A model generated the notes under the pieces. It saw nothing but the letters and a program-made list of their open reading frames with translations, searched no databases and had not been told where the DNA came from. Positions 1-9,517 of a stretch of DNA of 64,000 nucleotides are shown piece after piece. This DNA is from Phycisphaerales bacterium (GTDB taxonomy: Bacteria; Planctomycetota; Phycisphaerae; Phycisphaerales; UBA5793), in contig JAPKGW010000006.1 in the NCBI GenBank assembly GCA_026647365.1, positions 84,395 through 148,394 on the forward strand. Reading direction: 5' to 3'. The number at the start of each line of letters is the position of its first letter. Position 1 is the first letter of the stretch. Made by a program: the position numbers and the translations under genes.

Positions 1-1374
1 GGCGCTTCCGCGGACACGCCGATGCGATACGTCAAGTCGCCCTCGGCTCTGGAGCCGCCAGCGGTCATGCCGCGCTTCGTCGCTTCTGACCATCCGGCGC
101 CGCGGCCGGCGGAAGCGCTGGCGGAGGGGGCGTCCTGCGTCACGCCCGAGTGCCACGCCGCGTTCGGCGCGGCAGAGAGGATCCACGGCCCCATCGCCGC
201 AGGCGACTGCTTCTCCTGCCACTTCGAAGATGCGGGCGGACATACTTACCCGCTGCGCCGCGAGGGGGATCGCACCTGCACCTTCTGCCACCAGACCGGC
301 CGCATGCGCGAACATCGCCACGCGGCGATGGATGCGCCGGGCTGCATGGGATGCCACGATCCGCACGCGGCGGGCAAGTTCCTCCTTGTGGCCGAATCGG
401 TTGACCGCGTGTGCGCGACGTGCCACGCGCTCGACGAAGGCCGGCGCGCGCACGGCCCCTACGCCGCGCGCGAGTGCTCGGCCTGCCACCTTCCGCACGA
501 CTCGAACAACGTCCACCTGCTGCGGGGCGGGAGCGGGTCGGATCACTGCTTCACCTGCCACGCCGAGACGCGCCACGCCCTCGCCAACGCGCCCTTCATT
601 CATGCGCCGGCCGAATCCGAGTGCACGACCTGCCACGTCGCGCACGCCTCGAACTTCCCGGCGCATCTCAAGGGCCCGATCGAGTCGCTTTGCCTCGACT
701 GCCACACGGGCCTGGAGGAAGCGATCGCCGGGGCGCGCACGTCGCACGCCGCGGTCTTCACGGCAGACTCCTGCGCGAATTGCCACGATGCGCATGCATC
801 GGGGCGCCCGCGGCTCCTGCGCGACCGGCAGACGACGCTGTGCCTCTCGTGCCACAACCGTGAAGTTGTCGCCAACGACGGGCGGAAGATCCCCGACATG
901 ACCGCGAGCGTCGTGAATCAGCGCTTCCTGCACGGCCCGGTCGAATCCGGCGACTGCTCCGCCTGCCACAACGTCCACGGCGCCTCACACGACCGCCTCC
1001 TGCGCCAGAACTTCCCCACCAGTTTCTACGCGAAGTTCGATCTTCAGAACTACGCCCTCTGCTTCAGTTGCCACCCGCAGGACCTCGTCCTGTCGGAGCG
1101 CACGACCTCGCTCACCGACTTCCGCGACGGCGACCGCAACCTGCACTACCTGCACGTTCACCGCGACGAGAAGGGTCGGACATGCAAGACCTGCCACGCG
1201 ATCCACGGCTCAGACCTGCCGCGCCATGTCGCCACGCAGGTGCCCTTCGAGAACTCGACGTGGCTCATGCCCATCGGCTTTGAGCGCCTCGAAGACGGGG
1301 GCAAGTGCGCGCCGGGATGCCACGTCGCAATGACCTACCACCGCGGGCAGGCGGAAACAGGAGGCCAGCCATGA
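1..1374 (+). CDS. Multiheme c-type cytochrome (doubled-CXXCH family), 15 heme motifs; probably 5'-truncated
   Basis: 13 CXXCH motifs plus N-terminal CX4CH (CVTPECH) and C-terminal CX3CH (CAPGCH), with recurring H-G-P and CH.PH motifs. The frame is open from base 1 (GASADTP before ATG 22) and no signal peptide is seen, so the start is likely upstream. Confidence 0.92.
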   Translation, partial: GASADTPMRYVKSPSALEPPAVMPRFVASDHPAPRPAEALAEGASCVTPECHAAFGAAERIHGPIAAGDCFSCHFEDAGGHTYPLRREGDRTCTFCHQTGRMREHRHAAMDAPGCMGCHDPHAAGKFLLVAESVDRVCATCHALDEGRRAHGPYAARECSACHLPHDSNNVHLLRGGSGSDHCFTCHAETRHALANAPFIHAPAESECTTCHVAHASNFPAHLKGPIESLCLDCHTGLEEAIAGARTSHAAVFTADSCANCHDAHASGRPRLLRDRQTTLCLSCHNREVVANDGRKIPDMTASVVNQRFLHGPVESGDCSACHNVHGASHDRLLRQNFPTSFYAKFDLQNYALCFSCHPQDLVLSERTTSLTDFRDGDRNLHYLHVHRDEKGRTCKTCHAIHGSDLPRHVATQVPFENSTWLMPIGFERLEDGGKCAPGCHVAMTYHRGQAETGGQP

Positions 1375-2798
1375 GACTCAGCCGAACACTCTTCGCCTCA
1401 ATCGCCACGCTCACCGCGGGCCTCACGCTCCTGGCGATGCAGGATCCGCCGAGGTCGAAAAGGCCCACGGCCGCGGTTCCGCAAACCTCCTGCGTGACGG
1501 CTGAATGCCACGCCGATGTCAAGAAGCACGACATGCTGCACGGCCCGGTGGCAGTGGACGCCTGCGACGCCTGCCACAGCCCGGTGAGCCTGCCCGACCA
1601 CACGTTTACGCTGGTGCGCGAGGCCAAGGACCTGTGCCTCTTCTGCCACGAGATGGATGTGACGGGCGCGAAGACGGTGCATGAGCCGCTCAAGACCGGC
1701 GACTGCCTCTCGTGCCACAATCCGCACGGCGGTTCGAGCCGTCTGCTTCTCACGGCGGGCAGCCCGTCGGCCCTCTGCCAGCAGTGCCACGCCGACGTCT
1801 TCACCGGCAGGAAGTCGATCCACGGGCCGGTTGCGGCGGGCGCCTGCGCCGCGTGTCACTCGCCGCACGCCTCGCCGCACGAGCATCTCCTCCTTGCCCA
1901 GGGGCGCGAACTGTGCCTCCAGTGCCACACCACCACGCGCACGCAGGTCGAGACGATGCGGTACGTGCACGGCCCGGTCAACACCGATTGCGCCTCGTGC
2001 CACGACCCGCACGCCTCTGATCATCCGATGATGCTCCACGAGGCGCCAGGCGCGCTGTGCCTGACCTGCCACGAGACGATCAAGCACATCGTGGACACGG
2101 CCACGACGCAGCATGCCGCCGTCACGACCGACCAGGAGTGCCTCAACTGCCACGAGTCGCACGCATCGGACCATCCGCGCATTCTCAAGGGCGACATGAT
2201 GGACCTGTGCCTCAAGTGCCACAACCGCGAGATCAAGATGCCCGACGGGCGCAGCCTCGCCAACATGAAGGCCGTCTTCGCCACGGGCGCAAGCCTGCAC
2301 GGACCGGTGGCGCAGCACAACTGCGCGGCGTGCCACGAGATTCACGGCGGGGGCAACTTCCGCCTGCTCGTGCATGAGTACCCGCCGCAGTTCTACGCCC
2401 CCTTCAAGGAGGAGAGCTACGCCCTGTGCTTCTCGTGCCACGACAAGGATCTCGTGCATGACGAGAAGACCACGGCGCTGACCAACTTCCGCAACGGCGA
2501 CACCAACCTGCACTTCCTCCACGTCAACAAGGACAAAAAGGGCCGGACCTGCCGCGCCTGCCATGAAACCCATGCGAGCAACAAGGCCAACCACATCCGC
2601 GAATCGGTCCCATTCGGCACAGGCGGGTACAAACTCCCGATCAACTTCGAGAAACTCGCGGACGGGGGCAAGTGCGCGCCGGGTTGCCACGTGGCTTACG
2701 AATACAACCGCACCAAGGCGGTCGAGTATCGCGCCGCGGACAAGGCCGCGACCTGGCCCGGCGAACAGCCGGCCCAGCCGCCGGGCGGGAACCGATGA
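1371..2798 (+). CDS. Multiheme c-type cytochrome, 15 heme motifs, exported; paralog of the upstream gene
   Basis: ATG 1371 overlaps the previous TGA (ATGA) with a GGAGG RBS. Signal-peptide-like MRLSRTLFASIATLTAGLTLLA. 13 CXXCH plus CVTAECH and CAPGCH. Confidence 0.94.
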   Translation: MRLSRTLFASIATLTAGLTLLAMQDPPRSKRPTAAVPQTSCVTAECHADVKKHDMLHGPVAVDACDACHSPVSLPDHTFTLVREAKDLCLFCHEMDVTGAKTVHEPLKTGDCLSCHNPHGGSSRLLLTAGSPSALCQQCHADVFTGRKSIHGPVAAGACAACHSPHASPHEHLLLAQGRELCLQCHTTTRTQVETMRYVHGPVNTDCASCHDPHASDHPMMLHEAPGALCLTCHETIKHIVDTATTQHAAVTTDQECLNCHESHASDHPRILKGDMMDLCLKCHNREIKMPDGRSLANMKAVFATGASLHGPVAQHNCAACHEIHGGGNFRLLVHEYPPQFYAPFKEESYALCFSCHDKDLVHDEKTTALTNFRNGDTNLHFLHVNKDKKGRTCRACHETHASNKANHIRESVPFGTGGYKLPINFEKLADGGKCAPGCHVAYEYNRTKAVEYRAADKAATWPGEQPAQPPGGNR

Positions 2799-2847
2799 GT
2801 CGAGATGAATGAAGCGCCCATCGCGGCGCGGGTAAGGAGCCGACGTC

Positions 2848-3846
2848 ATGAGAATCATTCCCTGGATGGCCTTGGGCGCGGCGGCCCTCGCCGCGGCGGC
2901 GGCCCTCGCCGCAGCCGACGACCTGCGCGTCGTCAAGCGCGGTGAGATGATCCCCCCCTACTCGCTCACCGCACTGAGCGGACCGAACGTTGACAACGCC
3001 TCGAAGCGCGAGCGAGCGTCCATAATCGTGTACCTCTCGGCACAGCAGGTCAGTTCGACGAGGGCAGCCGTCGACTCCCAGCAGGTGGCGACGGCGCTGA
3101 GGCGGAGTGATCTCGAACTCCAGCACATCACTGCCGACGTCGCCCAGGCCAACTGGTTCCGCGAGTTCCGCGACAGCGCCGGCGTTCGCGCGCCGCTCGG
3201 TCTGGACTTCGACCGCATCTTCTACGGCCAACTCGGGGTCATCGTCCTTCCCACGACCATCGTCGTTGATGCCAAGGGGCGGCTGAAGCATGTGATCGCG
3301 GGCTACAAGCCGGACTTCGCTCACGTCCTCGATGCCTACGCCCGCCATGCCCTCGGGCTGCTCGACGATGCACAACTCGAAGAGGCGCTGGCCGCCAAGG
3401 GTTTTGCACGTGATGCGCCCGCGGACCGCGCTGCGCGCCACCGCGCCGCGGCGAATCTGCTGCGCGAGCGCGGCCTGCTCGAGGATGCCGAGAAGGAACT
3501 GCGCAAGGCCATCGAGATCGACCCGCAGGGCGTGGACAGCCGCCTCGACCTCGCTTCGCTCTGTATCGCCCTTCGGCGCTTCGACGAGGCCGAGTCGCTG
3601 GTGAACGAAGCCGTGAAGATCGAAGCCGACAACCGCCGCGCGAAACTCCTGCGCGGGATTCTGCGTTACCATGCCGGCGATCTCGACGAAGCGGAGAGAA
3701 TTCTCACTGAATCCCTCGTGCTGAACACCGACCCGGCGCGCGCGCATTACTTCCTCGGCTTGATCCACGAGGCGAGGAAGAATTCCGAGAAGGCACTCGA
3801 ACATTACCGCAAAGCACTCGAGCGCCTCCTCGGTGAGAAACCGTAA
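2848..3846 (+). CDS. Exported redoxin (TlpA-like fold, no CxxC) plus TPR-repeat protein
   Basis: AAGGAG RBS and signal peptide. 'GEMIPPYSLTALSG...GVIVLPTTIVVDAKGRL' redoxin pattern. C-terminal TPRs (AEKELRKAIEIDP; ARAHYFLGLIHEA). Confidence 0.75.
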   Translation: MRIIPWMALGAAALAAAAALAAADDLRVVKRGEMIPPYSLTALSGPNVDNASKRERASIIVYLSAQQVSSTRAAVDSQQVATALRRSDLELQHITADVAQANWFREFRDSAGVRAPLGLDFDRIFYGQLGVIVLPTTIVVDAKGRLKHVIAGYKPDFAHVLDAYARHALGLLDDAQLEEALAAKGFARDAPADRAARHRAAANLLRERGLLEDAEKELRKAIEIDPQGVDSRLDLASLCIALRRFDEAESLVNEAVKIEADNRRAKLLRGILRYHAGDLDEAERILTESLVLNTDPARAHYFLGLIHEARKNSEKALEHYRKALERLLGEKP

Positions 3847-3865
3847 ACGTGCTGGCCCGGTAAAC

Positions 3866-3942
3866 GGGACAGGTACATTTTATGTCTCTGATCGCCAATG
3901 ACTTACGTGATGCAATTGACCAGAAATAAATGTACCTGTCCC
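3866..3942. repeat. AT-rich REP/MITE-like inverted repeat between convergent genes
   Basis: GGGACAGGTACATTT (3866-3880) and AAATGTACCTGTCCC (3928-3942) form a perfect 15-bp IR with a 47-nt AT-rich spacer. Confidence 0.75.
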
Positions 3943-3967
3943 TTTTATTCCTGCAGCCGATTGGCGG

Positions 3968-4495
3968 TCAGAGGGTCAGCAGGACGCGCAGCGCGGCGAA
4001 GTTGATGAAACCCACCGCGACCATGATCGATGCGGAGAGGAACAGACCTTCGATCTCATCCTGCTCTTCGTACGCGCGCGTCGCCGCCCACGCCGTCAGT
4101 CCCAGCGCGCACACTATGCCGGAAACAAAAGCCGCGATGTAGCCGTACACACCGCCGAAGCGAAGCAGGAACCACGCCGCCGCCGCCCACGCCAGCATCG
4201 GCGCAACGCCGAAGGCCACCCATCGGAAGCTCCAGAGCCATGCCCAGGAGCCGGCTTCGTCGTTCTGCTCAAGCACCGACTCCTGGTACTCCCGCCCGCA
4301 CTCCGGGCACCGGTTGCTGTCGATTCCGCGCATGTCGTAACCGCACGACGGGCAGACGCGCTCACGGTCAATCACCGGCGGCGGGCGCCAGATTTCCATT
4401 GGCGGTCGCTCGGGCGGAGGAAGGACGTCATAGGTCGCGTCCTGTCCGGCGGACGGAACTTCTCTGGCGGCGTGATCGTTGGAAGCAGCAGGCAT
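3968..4495 (-). CDS. Zinc-ribbon membrane protein
   Basis: CPSCGYDMRGIDSNRCPECG followed by about 3 hydrophobic helices. Confidence 0.7.
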   Translation of the reverse strand: MPAASNDHAAREVPSAGQDATYDVLPPPERPPMEIWRPPPVIDRERVCPSCGYDMRGIDSNRCPECGREYQESVLEQNDEAGSWAWLWSFRWVAFGVAPMLAWAAAAWFLLRFGGVYGYIAAFVSGIVCALGLTAWAATRAYEEQDEIEGLFLSASIMVAVGFINFAALRVLLTL

Positions 4496-4810
4496 GGGGC
4501 ACTTCGTATCGTCAAGTTTACGTCATCGCCGGCGCGAAGGCGGGGACGCTTTGGGAGCGCGGGCCACGCCGGCGCGCGATTGACGCCCGAGCCGGTGTGA
4601 TCGACCGTCCGCTTCATGACGTGGCCCTCCGGTCGCAGAGCCTCCCTCCGGACCACGGCACCCGACGGATTGCAGACAGGTTCTGCGACCCGCGCGCCGG
4701 CGTGAACGTGACGCGCCGGTGCGTCCGGCTACACTTTGCGTTCAGTCCGGGGCGGCCGCGCGGCCGCCGCGCTCCTTGCTTGGCTCGCCAGGTTGAAAGG
4801 CCGCAGCGCC

Positions 4811-6010
4811 ATGAAAGTTCATGAATACCAGGCCCGGCAACTCCTCGCCGACGCCGGCATCCCCGTTCCCCCCGGCGTCGTCTGCACCGACGCCACTCGC
4901 GCCGCGGAGATCTACAAGCAGGTCTGCCGCGACGCGGGCACGCAACTCGCCGTCGTCAAGGCGCAGGTCCACGCGGGCGGGCGCGGCAAGGCGGGCTTCG
5001 TCAAACTCGTTCGCTCTCCGCAGGAGGCCGAGGACGCGGCGAAGTTCATGCTCAGCCATCGCATGGTCAGCCCGCAGACGGGCGCGGAAGGCCTGGAGGT
5101 GAAGAAACTCCTGATCGCGGCGGGCGTGGACATCGCGCGCGAGTTCTACCTCGCCATCACGACCGACCGATCCCGCAACACCAACACGCTCATTGCTTCG
5201 GCCGAGGGCGGCGTCGAGATCGAGAAGATCGCCGCCGATCGACCCCAGGCGATCATCAAGATGCCTCTGCACCCGCTCATCGGCCTCCAGGCGCACCAGG
5301 CGCGAGAGGTCGCGTTCCGCCTCGGCTTCACGGGCAGCCAGGTCGGGCAGGCGGTCAAGATCATGCTCAATCTCGCCGCACTTTTCCTCGCCAAGGATTG
5401 CTCGCTTGCCGAGATCAACCCGCTCATCGTGACGCCGCCGACGGAGTCGCAGCCCGACGGCGTGGTGATGGCGATCGATGCCAAGTTCAACTTCGACGAC
5501 AATGCCCTCTTTCGCCACAACGACATCAACGAACTCTTCGACCCGACGGAGGAAGACCCGGCAGAGTTGCGCGCGGCCAAGTTCGGCCTGTCCTTCATCA
5601 GCCTCGACGGCAACATCGGCTGCCTCGTCAACGGCGCCGGCCTGGCCATGGCCACGATGGACATCATCAAACTGCACGGCGGCGAGCCGGCCAACTTCCT
5701 TGACGTCGGCGGCAGCGCCACCGAAGAAGCCGTGACCGAAGCCTTCCGCATCATCCTCTCGGACAGAAAGGTCAAGGGCGTGCTCGTCAACATCTTCGGC
5801 GGGATCATGCAGTGCGACCGCATCGCACGGGCGATCGTCAGCGCCGCCAAGGAAGTGGGTTTCAACGTCCCGCTCGTGGTGCGGCTGGAGGGCAGCAACG
5901 TGATCGAAGCGAGGAACATCCTCGACGCCGCCCGCGGCGAGATCGCGGCGATGCGCAGCGCCAAGGACCTCACCGACGCCGCGAAACAGGTGTGCGCCGC
6001 CGTGGCCTGA
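4811..6010 (+). CDS. sucC: Succinyl-CoA synthetase beta subunit
   Basis: [55 protein letters not shown]. Confidence 0.97.
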   Translation: MKVHEYQARQLLADAGIPVPPGVVCTDATRAAEIYKQVCRDAGTQLAVVKAQVHAGGRGKAGFVKLVRSPQEAEDAAKFMLSHRMVSPQTGAEGLEVKKLLIAAGVDIAREFYLAITTDRSRNTNTLIASAEGGVEIEKIAADRPQAIIKMPLHPLIGLQAHQAREVAFRLGFTGSQVGQAVKIMLNLAALFLAKDCSLAEINPLIVTPPTESQPDGVVMAIDAKFNFDDNALFRHNDINELFDPTEEDPAELRAAKFGLSFISLDGNIGCLVNGAGLAMATMDIIKLHGGEPANFLDVGGSATEEAVTEAFRIILSDRKVKGVLVNIFGGIMQCDRIARAIVSAAKEVGFNVPLVVRLEGSNVIEARNILDAARGEIAAMRSAKDLTDAAKQVCAAVA

Positions 6011-6046
6011 GGCGCACGGCGCGAGCCGGAGTCGCCAGCGAGGAAT

Positions 6047-6069
6047 GGATCATCGCAACGCGATGATCC
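6047..6069. terminator. Hairpin downstream of sucC
   Basis: GGATCATCGC-AAC-GCGATGATCC 10-bp stem with no clear U-tract. Confidence 0.4.
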
Positions 6070-6216
6070 GAACCCTGACTGTGAGAAAGGGCCCTTGCCG
6101 TTCGCGGGCCTTCGCGGTTTGATCCGGCAGTGTCGCCGTTGCGCTCAGGCGCTCACCCTCGCCGCGCGCCGCAGCCGCGCATTCGTCCAACTCCCGTGCT
6201 CACGCTTGGGGCTCGG
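6068..6216. repeat. Imperfect REP-like inverted repeat pair
   Basis: CCGAACCCTGACTGTGAGAAAGGG (6068-6091) versus the reverse complement of 6193-6216 (CCGAGCCCCAAGCGTGAGCACGGG): 17/24 identical. Confidence 0.45.
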
Positions 6217-6246
6217 TTCGCCCGGTCGTAACGACGAATCGCTCGC

Positions 6247-7056
6247 TCAGCGCGGATCATTCACCCAGCCGAAGCGAGTCGTGTAGTTGCCCATGCTGAA
6301 CTTGCGCTGCTTTGCGGCGAAGAAGAACTCCCAGGCGTCGAGGTCGCCAACTTCAATCCGGTCGGGCTGGCCGCCTTCGGCCGGGCGGATGGGATTGACC
6401 GATCCGTCGAGATGGCCGATGTTTCCCGTTCCCTTGTGCCGGTCGGTGATCTGGTCTTCGTTGGCCCAGGCGCCGTCGTCGATGCGCTGGTTGTACCAGA
6501 CCTCGTCTTCTTCCATGAGGGTTGGAGGGGGGATTTGCAGGAGGTCCGACTGCGAGCCGAGTTCCGGATTCTTCCGGTAGAAGAAGGGCGACTGGAGATC
6601 GATCTTCGCGCCTCCCATGTTGTGAGGCATGGTGTAACTGAAGAGTTGATTGGCCTGGCGTTTCTCCGTGGGGCATTCGAAGACGAGTTCCACCTTCGAG
6701 ATGTAGCGCCACAGCAGGCCGTTGTACGGCGGTCCGTTGAACGGGGGCGGCACTCCCTGCAACAGATTGTTGTTCTTGCCGCACCAGTCCAAGCCGCGCG
6801 GATGCGTCGCCGTCCCCGGCAACTGGCCTTTGTGGTCGTCGGCCGCGTAGTACGTTTGCGCCAGCACGACCTGACGCATGTTGCTGCGGCAGATGACGGC
6901 GCGGGACTGGTCGCGGGCGCCCGCCAGCGACGGCAGAAGCAGGGCGATGAGCAGCGCGATGATCGAGATCACCACGAGCAACTCAACGAGGGTGAAGCCG
7001 GCAGGCCTTTCCATCATCCGAGCCGCACGGGACGGCAGCGCTGGTGCTGGAGCCAT
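6247..7056 (-). CDS. Prepilin-type N-terminal cleavage/methylation protein with H-X9-DG motif (DUF1559-like)
   Basis: [29 protein letters not shown]...C.SNMRQ and C-terminal [15 protein letters not shown]. The start may be the ATG at 7017. Confidence 0.9.
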   Translation of the reverse strand: MAPAPALPSRAARMMERPAGFTLVELLVVISIIALLIALLLPSLAGARDQSRAVICRSNMRQVVLAQTYYAADDHKGQLPGTATHPRGLDWCGKNNNLLQGVPPPFNGPPYNGLLWRYISKVELVFECPTEKRQANQLFSYTMPHNMGGAKIDLQSPFFYRKNPELGSQSDLLQIPPPTLMEEDEVWYNQRIDDGAWANEDQITDRHKGTGNIGHLDGSVNPIRPAEGGQPDRIEVGDLDAWEFFFAAKQRKFSMGNYTTRFGWVNDPR

Positions 7057-7074
7057 CAGGTTCTTCCTGCCACG

Positions 7075-7668
7075 TCAGAAGTTGATGCGAAGAGAGAGAC
7101 CGCACGACGACGAGTACCGCAGAAACGACCCGCCGCGCCAACTCGATGAGCCGCAGTGCCGCGGGACCGGCTTACAGTAGTTGAACCGGTACTGCGAAGG
7201 ACGGAAAGACCAGCCGTAGGACCCGTACCAATAGTACGGCCCGTAGTAGTGCCAGCCCGACCAGTAGGTCGGCGAGTAGTAGTAAGTGTTGCGGTAGCGC
7301 CGCGTCGAGTACGGATCGACGCGGAACTCTTCAACCGAGATCATGCCGGGGGGCGGACTCGTGTACGCCCCGGGAGGCGGGGCGAGAGGCTCCTGCACGT
7401 ACCGGGCGTATTGCACAGCCGGCAGCGTGCCGCCCGCGTCCATGACGGACTGCTTTGTGATGAGCCGGGCGCGATTCTGCGGCGGATAGACCTGCGCGTA
7501 TGTCCGCTGCACCGGCCGCCCGTGGAGCACCGTCCCCGCGGATTGCCCGTCGACAATGACCTGAGCCGACGCGGCCGGCGCCAGCGCGAGCACGCCCAGC
7601 CAGAGGGCGCCGCGCAGTATCCAGAGATTGATGAGTGACTTTTCTGAGTGTTTGAAGGTGCTTCTCAT
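7075..7668 (-). CDS. Secreted hypothetical protein with Tyr/Trp/Gly-rich C-terminus
   Basis: Signal peptide (…LALAPAASA-Q), YYYSPTYWSGWHYYGPYYWYGSYGW segment, ends GLSLRINF. Confidence 0.6.
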   Translation of the reverse strand: MRSTFKHSEKSLINLWILRGALWLGVLALAPAASAQVIVDGQSAGTVLHGRPVQRTYAQVYPPQNRARLITKQSVMDAGGTLPAVQYARYVQEPLAPPPGAYTSPPPGMISVEEFRVDPYSTRRYRNTYYYSPTYWSGWHYYGPYYWYGSYGWSFRPSQYRFNYCKPVPRHCGSSSWRGGSFLRYSSSCGLSLRINF

Positions 7669-7806
7669 TTCAGAACTCCAATCCAGTCGTTGCGGCATCG
7701 AGGCCGACCGGCGCGCGACCGGGCCGCGCTGTCACCATACCATACCCGATTCTGCCGCCGAATGCCGCCGATTCTCCGGTATTTTGAGTGAAATGGGCGT
7801 TCTCCG

Positions 7807-8817
7807 ATGAATTTCTACCCCCTGCGCTTCCGGCCGATCCTCGTTCCCAAGCCCTGGGGCGGGCGGAAGATCGCCACCCTCGGCCGCGACCTCCCCGGAG
7901 GGCTGCAAGCGCCTGTCGGCGAGTCGTTGGAACTCGTCGATCTTCCCGACCAATCGAGCGTCGTTGACGAGGGCCCGCTTGCCGGCCGAACGCTCCACGA
8001 ACTGCTCGAAGCAGATTCGCCGTCGCTGCTGGGCGACCTGAGGCCGACCGGCGAGGGCGGGTTTCCTCTGCTCGTCAAGTATCTGGATGCGCGCGAGAAC
8101 CTCTCCATTCAGGTTCATCCCGACGAGGCGTATGCGGCGGCGAACCCCGGTGTGCGAAGCAAGACCGAAGCGTTGTACGTCCTGGAGGCTGAGCCGGCTG
8201 CGGTCGTGTACAGAGGGATCAGGCCGGGCGTCACGCCGCAGCAGTTGCGCCGCGACGCCGGGACTGGTGACATCGTCGACGATCTCATCGCCACGCCGGT
8301 AAAAGCCGGCCAGTGCTTGTTTCTGCCCGCCGGAACGTGCCACGCTTATGGCGCAGGTGTATTCGGCGTCGAGATCCAGACTCCCGGGGACACGACGTTC
8401 CGGCTCTACGACTGGGGCCGAACCGGACGCGAGCTGCACCTGGACCAGGCCGTTGCCTGTACGAACTTCGCCATCGGGGCGGAGGACTTTGCCAAGGCCC
8501 AGCGCCGCACTCATGTCGCCGGCGTTTTCACTACCATGAGCAAGATCTGCACCTGCGACGCGTTCACCATTGAGAAGGTGCGCATGGTCGAGCAGTACGG
8601 CCAGGAGATTCCCTATGACCGCCCCGCCGTGTGGGTGGTGCTTGAGGGATCTGGTGTGATCACCGGCAGCCCGGCCGGGATCGATGTCGAGTTCAGGCGG
8701 GGAGACGTGCTCCTGATTCCCGCGTGTCTGCATGAAGCCCGCGTGCAGATTCGCCGGGACACGGTCTGGCTGGATGTCCAGTTTCCGCGGGTAGGGACCG
8801 ATATCCTGCTGGCGTAG
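7807..8817 (+). CDS. manA: Mannose-6-phosphate isomerase, class I (cupin)
   Basis: KPWGG, LLVKYLDARENLSIQVHPD, KTEA, PAGTCHA, EIQTPGDTTFRLYDWGR, RELHL. Confidence 0.88.
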   Translation: MNFYPLRFRPILVPKPWGGRKIATLGRDLPGGLQAPVGESLELVDLPDQSSVVDEGPLAGRTLHELLEADSPSLLGDLRPTGEGGFPLLVKYLDARENLSIQVHPDEAYAAANPGVRSKTEALYVLEAEPAAVVYRGIRPGVTPQQLRRDAGTGDIVDDLIATPVKAGQCLFLPAGTCHAYGAGVFGVEIQTPGDTTFRLYDWGRTGRELHLDQAVACTNFAIGAEDFAKAQRRTHVAGVFTTMSKICTCDAFTIEKVRMVEQYGQEIPYDRPAVWVVLEGSGVITGSPAGIDVEFRRGDVLLIPACLHEARVQIRRDTVWLDVQFPRVGTDILLA

Positions 8818-8906
8818 GCGCGTCGCGGGGCGTTCGCGCCGGTCGCTCGAGCGCGACTCACGGCAAGAACGGTGCAGTTGGCGCGGGAATATCGATTGGG
8901 TTCTGT

Positions 8907-8934
8907 GGAATACCGCACGCCTTTGGGCGTCGAA
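8907..8934 (+). promoter_or_regulatory. Candidate ECF-type autoregulatory promoter
   Basis: GGAAT-N16-CGTCGAA immediately upstream of the ECF sigma start codon. Confidence 0.5.
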
Positions 8935-8943
8935 TTGAGTGAC

Positions 8944-9504
8944 ATGCCGCTTGCCCTGACCGAACACGATTTGGGACGGCTGATGCAGTCGATGGGGCCC
9001 CGGCTCCTCGCACTGGCGCGCGGCATCTGCCGCGACAGCGCCGTCGCCGAAGACGTCGTGCAGGAGGCGTTTGTCAAACTGTGGAACACGCCGCCGGACG
9101 GTCCGGAGCAGGTCGTTCCCAGCTGGCTCAAGCGCGTCGTCGTGAACCTCTCGATCAACCATCTGCGGCGGCGCAGGAACACGCAGACGCTGCCTGAGTG
9201 CGGTGAGGACCGCGCCCTTCGGCACGACCGGCTTCCCGAGGCGCAGATCGACCTGAGCGACAACATGCGCCGCCTCGAATCGGCGCTCAGCCGCCTGCCC
9301 GACGACAAGCGCGCGATACTCGTGATGAAGGTGTACGACGAGATGAGTTACGAGGAGATTGCAAGGGCGATGGAAGTTCCGATCGGGACGGTAATGAGCC
9401 GGTTGAACCGGGCGCGGGCCGCGCTCAAGGAACTGATGGAGGCGGATTTGAAGCACGCCGAAGCCGATCCGCTGATCTTCCCGCTTCGGCGGGCGCAAGG
9501 GTAA
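8944..9504 (+). CDS. ECF RNA polymerase sigma-70 factor
   Basis: AEDVVQEAFVKLW, SWLKRVVVNLSIN, MSYEEIARAMEVPIGTVMSRLNRAR. Confidence 0.93.
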   Translation: MPLALTEHDLGRLMQSMGPRLLALARGICRDSAVAEDVVQEAFVKLWNTPPDGPEQVVPSWLKRVVVNLSINHLRRRRNTQTLPECGEDRALRHDRLPEAQIDLSDNMRRLESALSRLPDDKRAILVMKVYDEMSYEEIARAMEVPIGTVMSRLNRARAALKELMEADLKHAEADPLIFPLRRAQG

Positions 9505-9517
9505 GGACGACGAGGTG

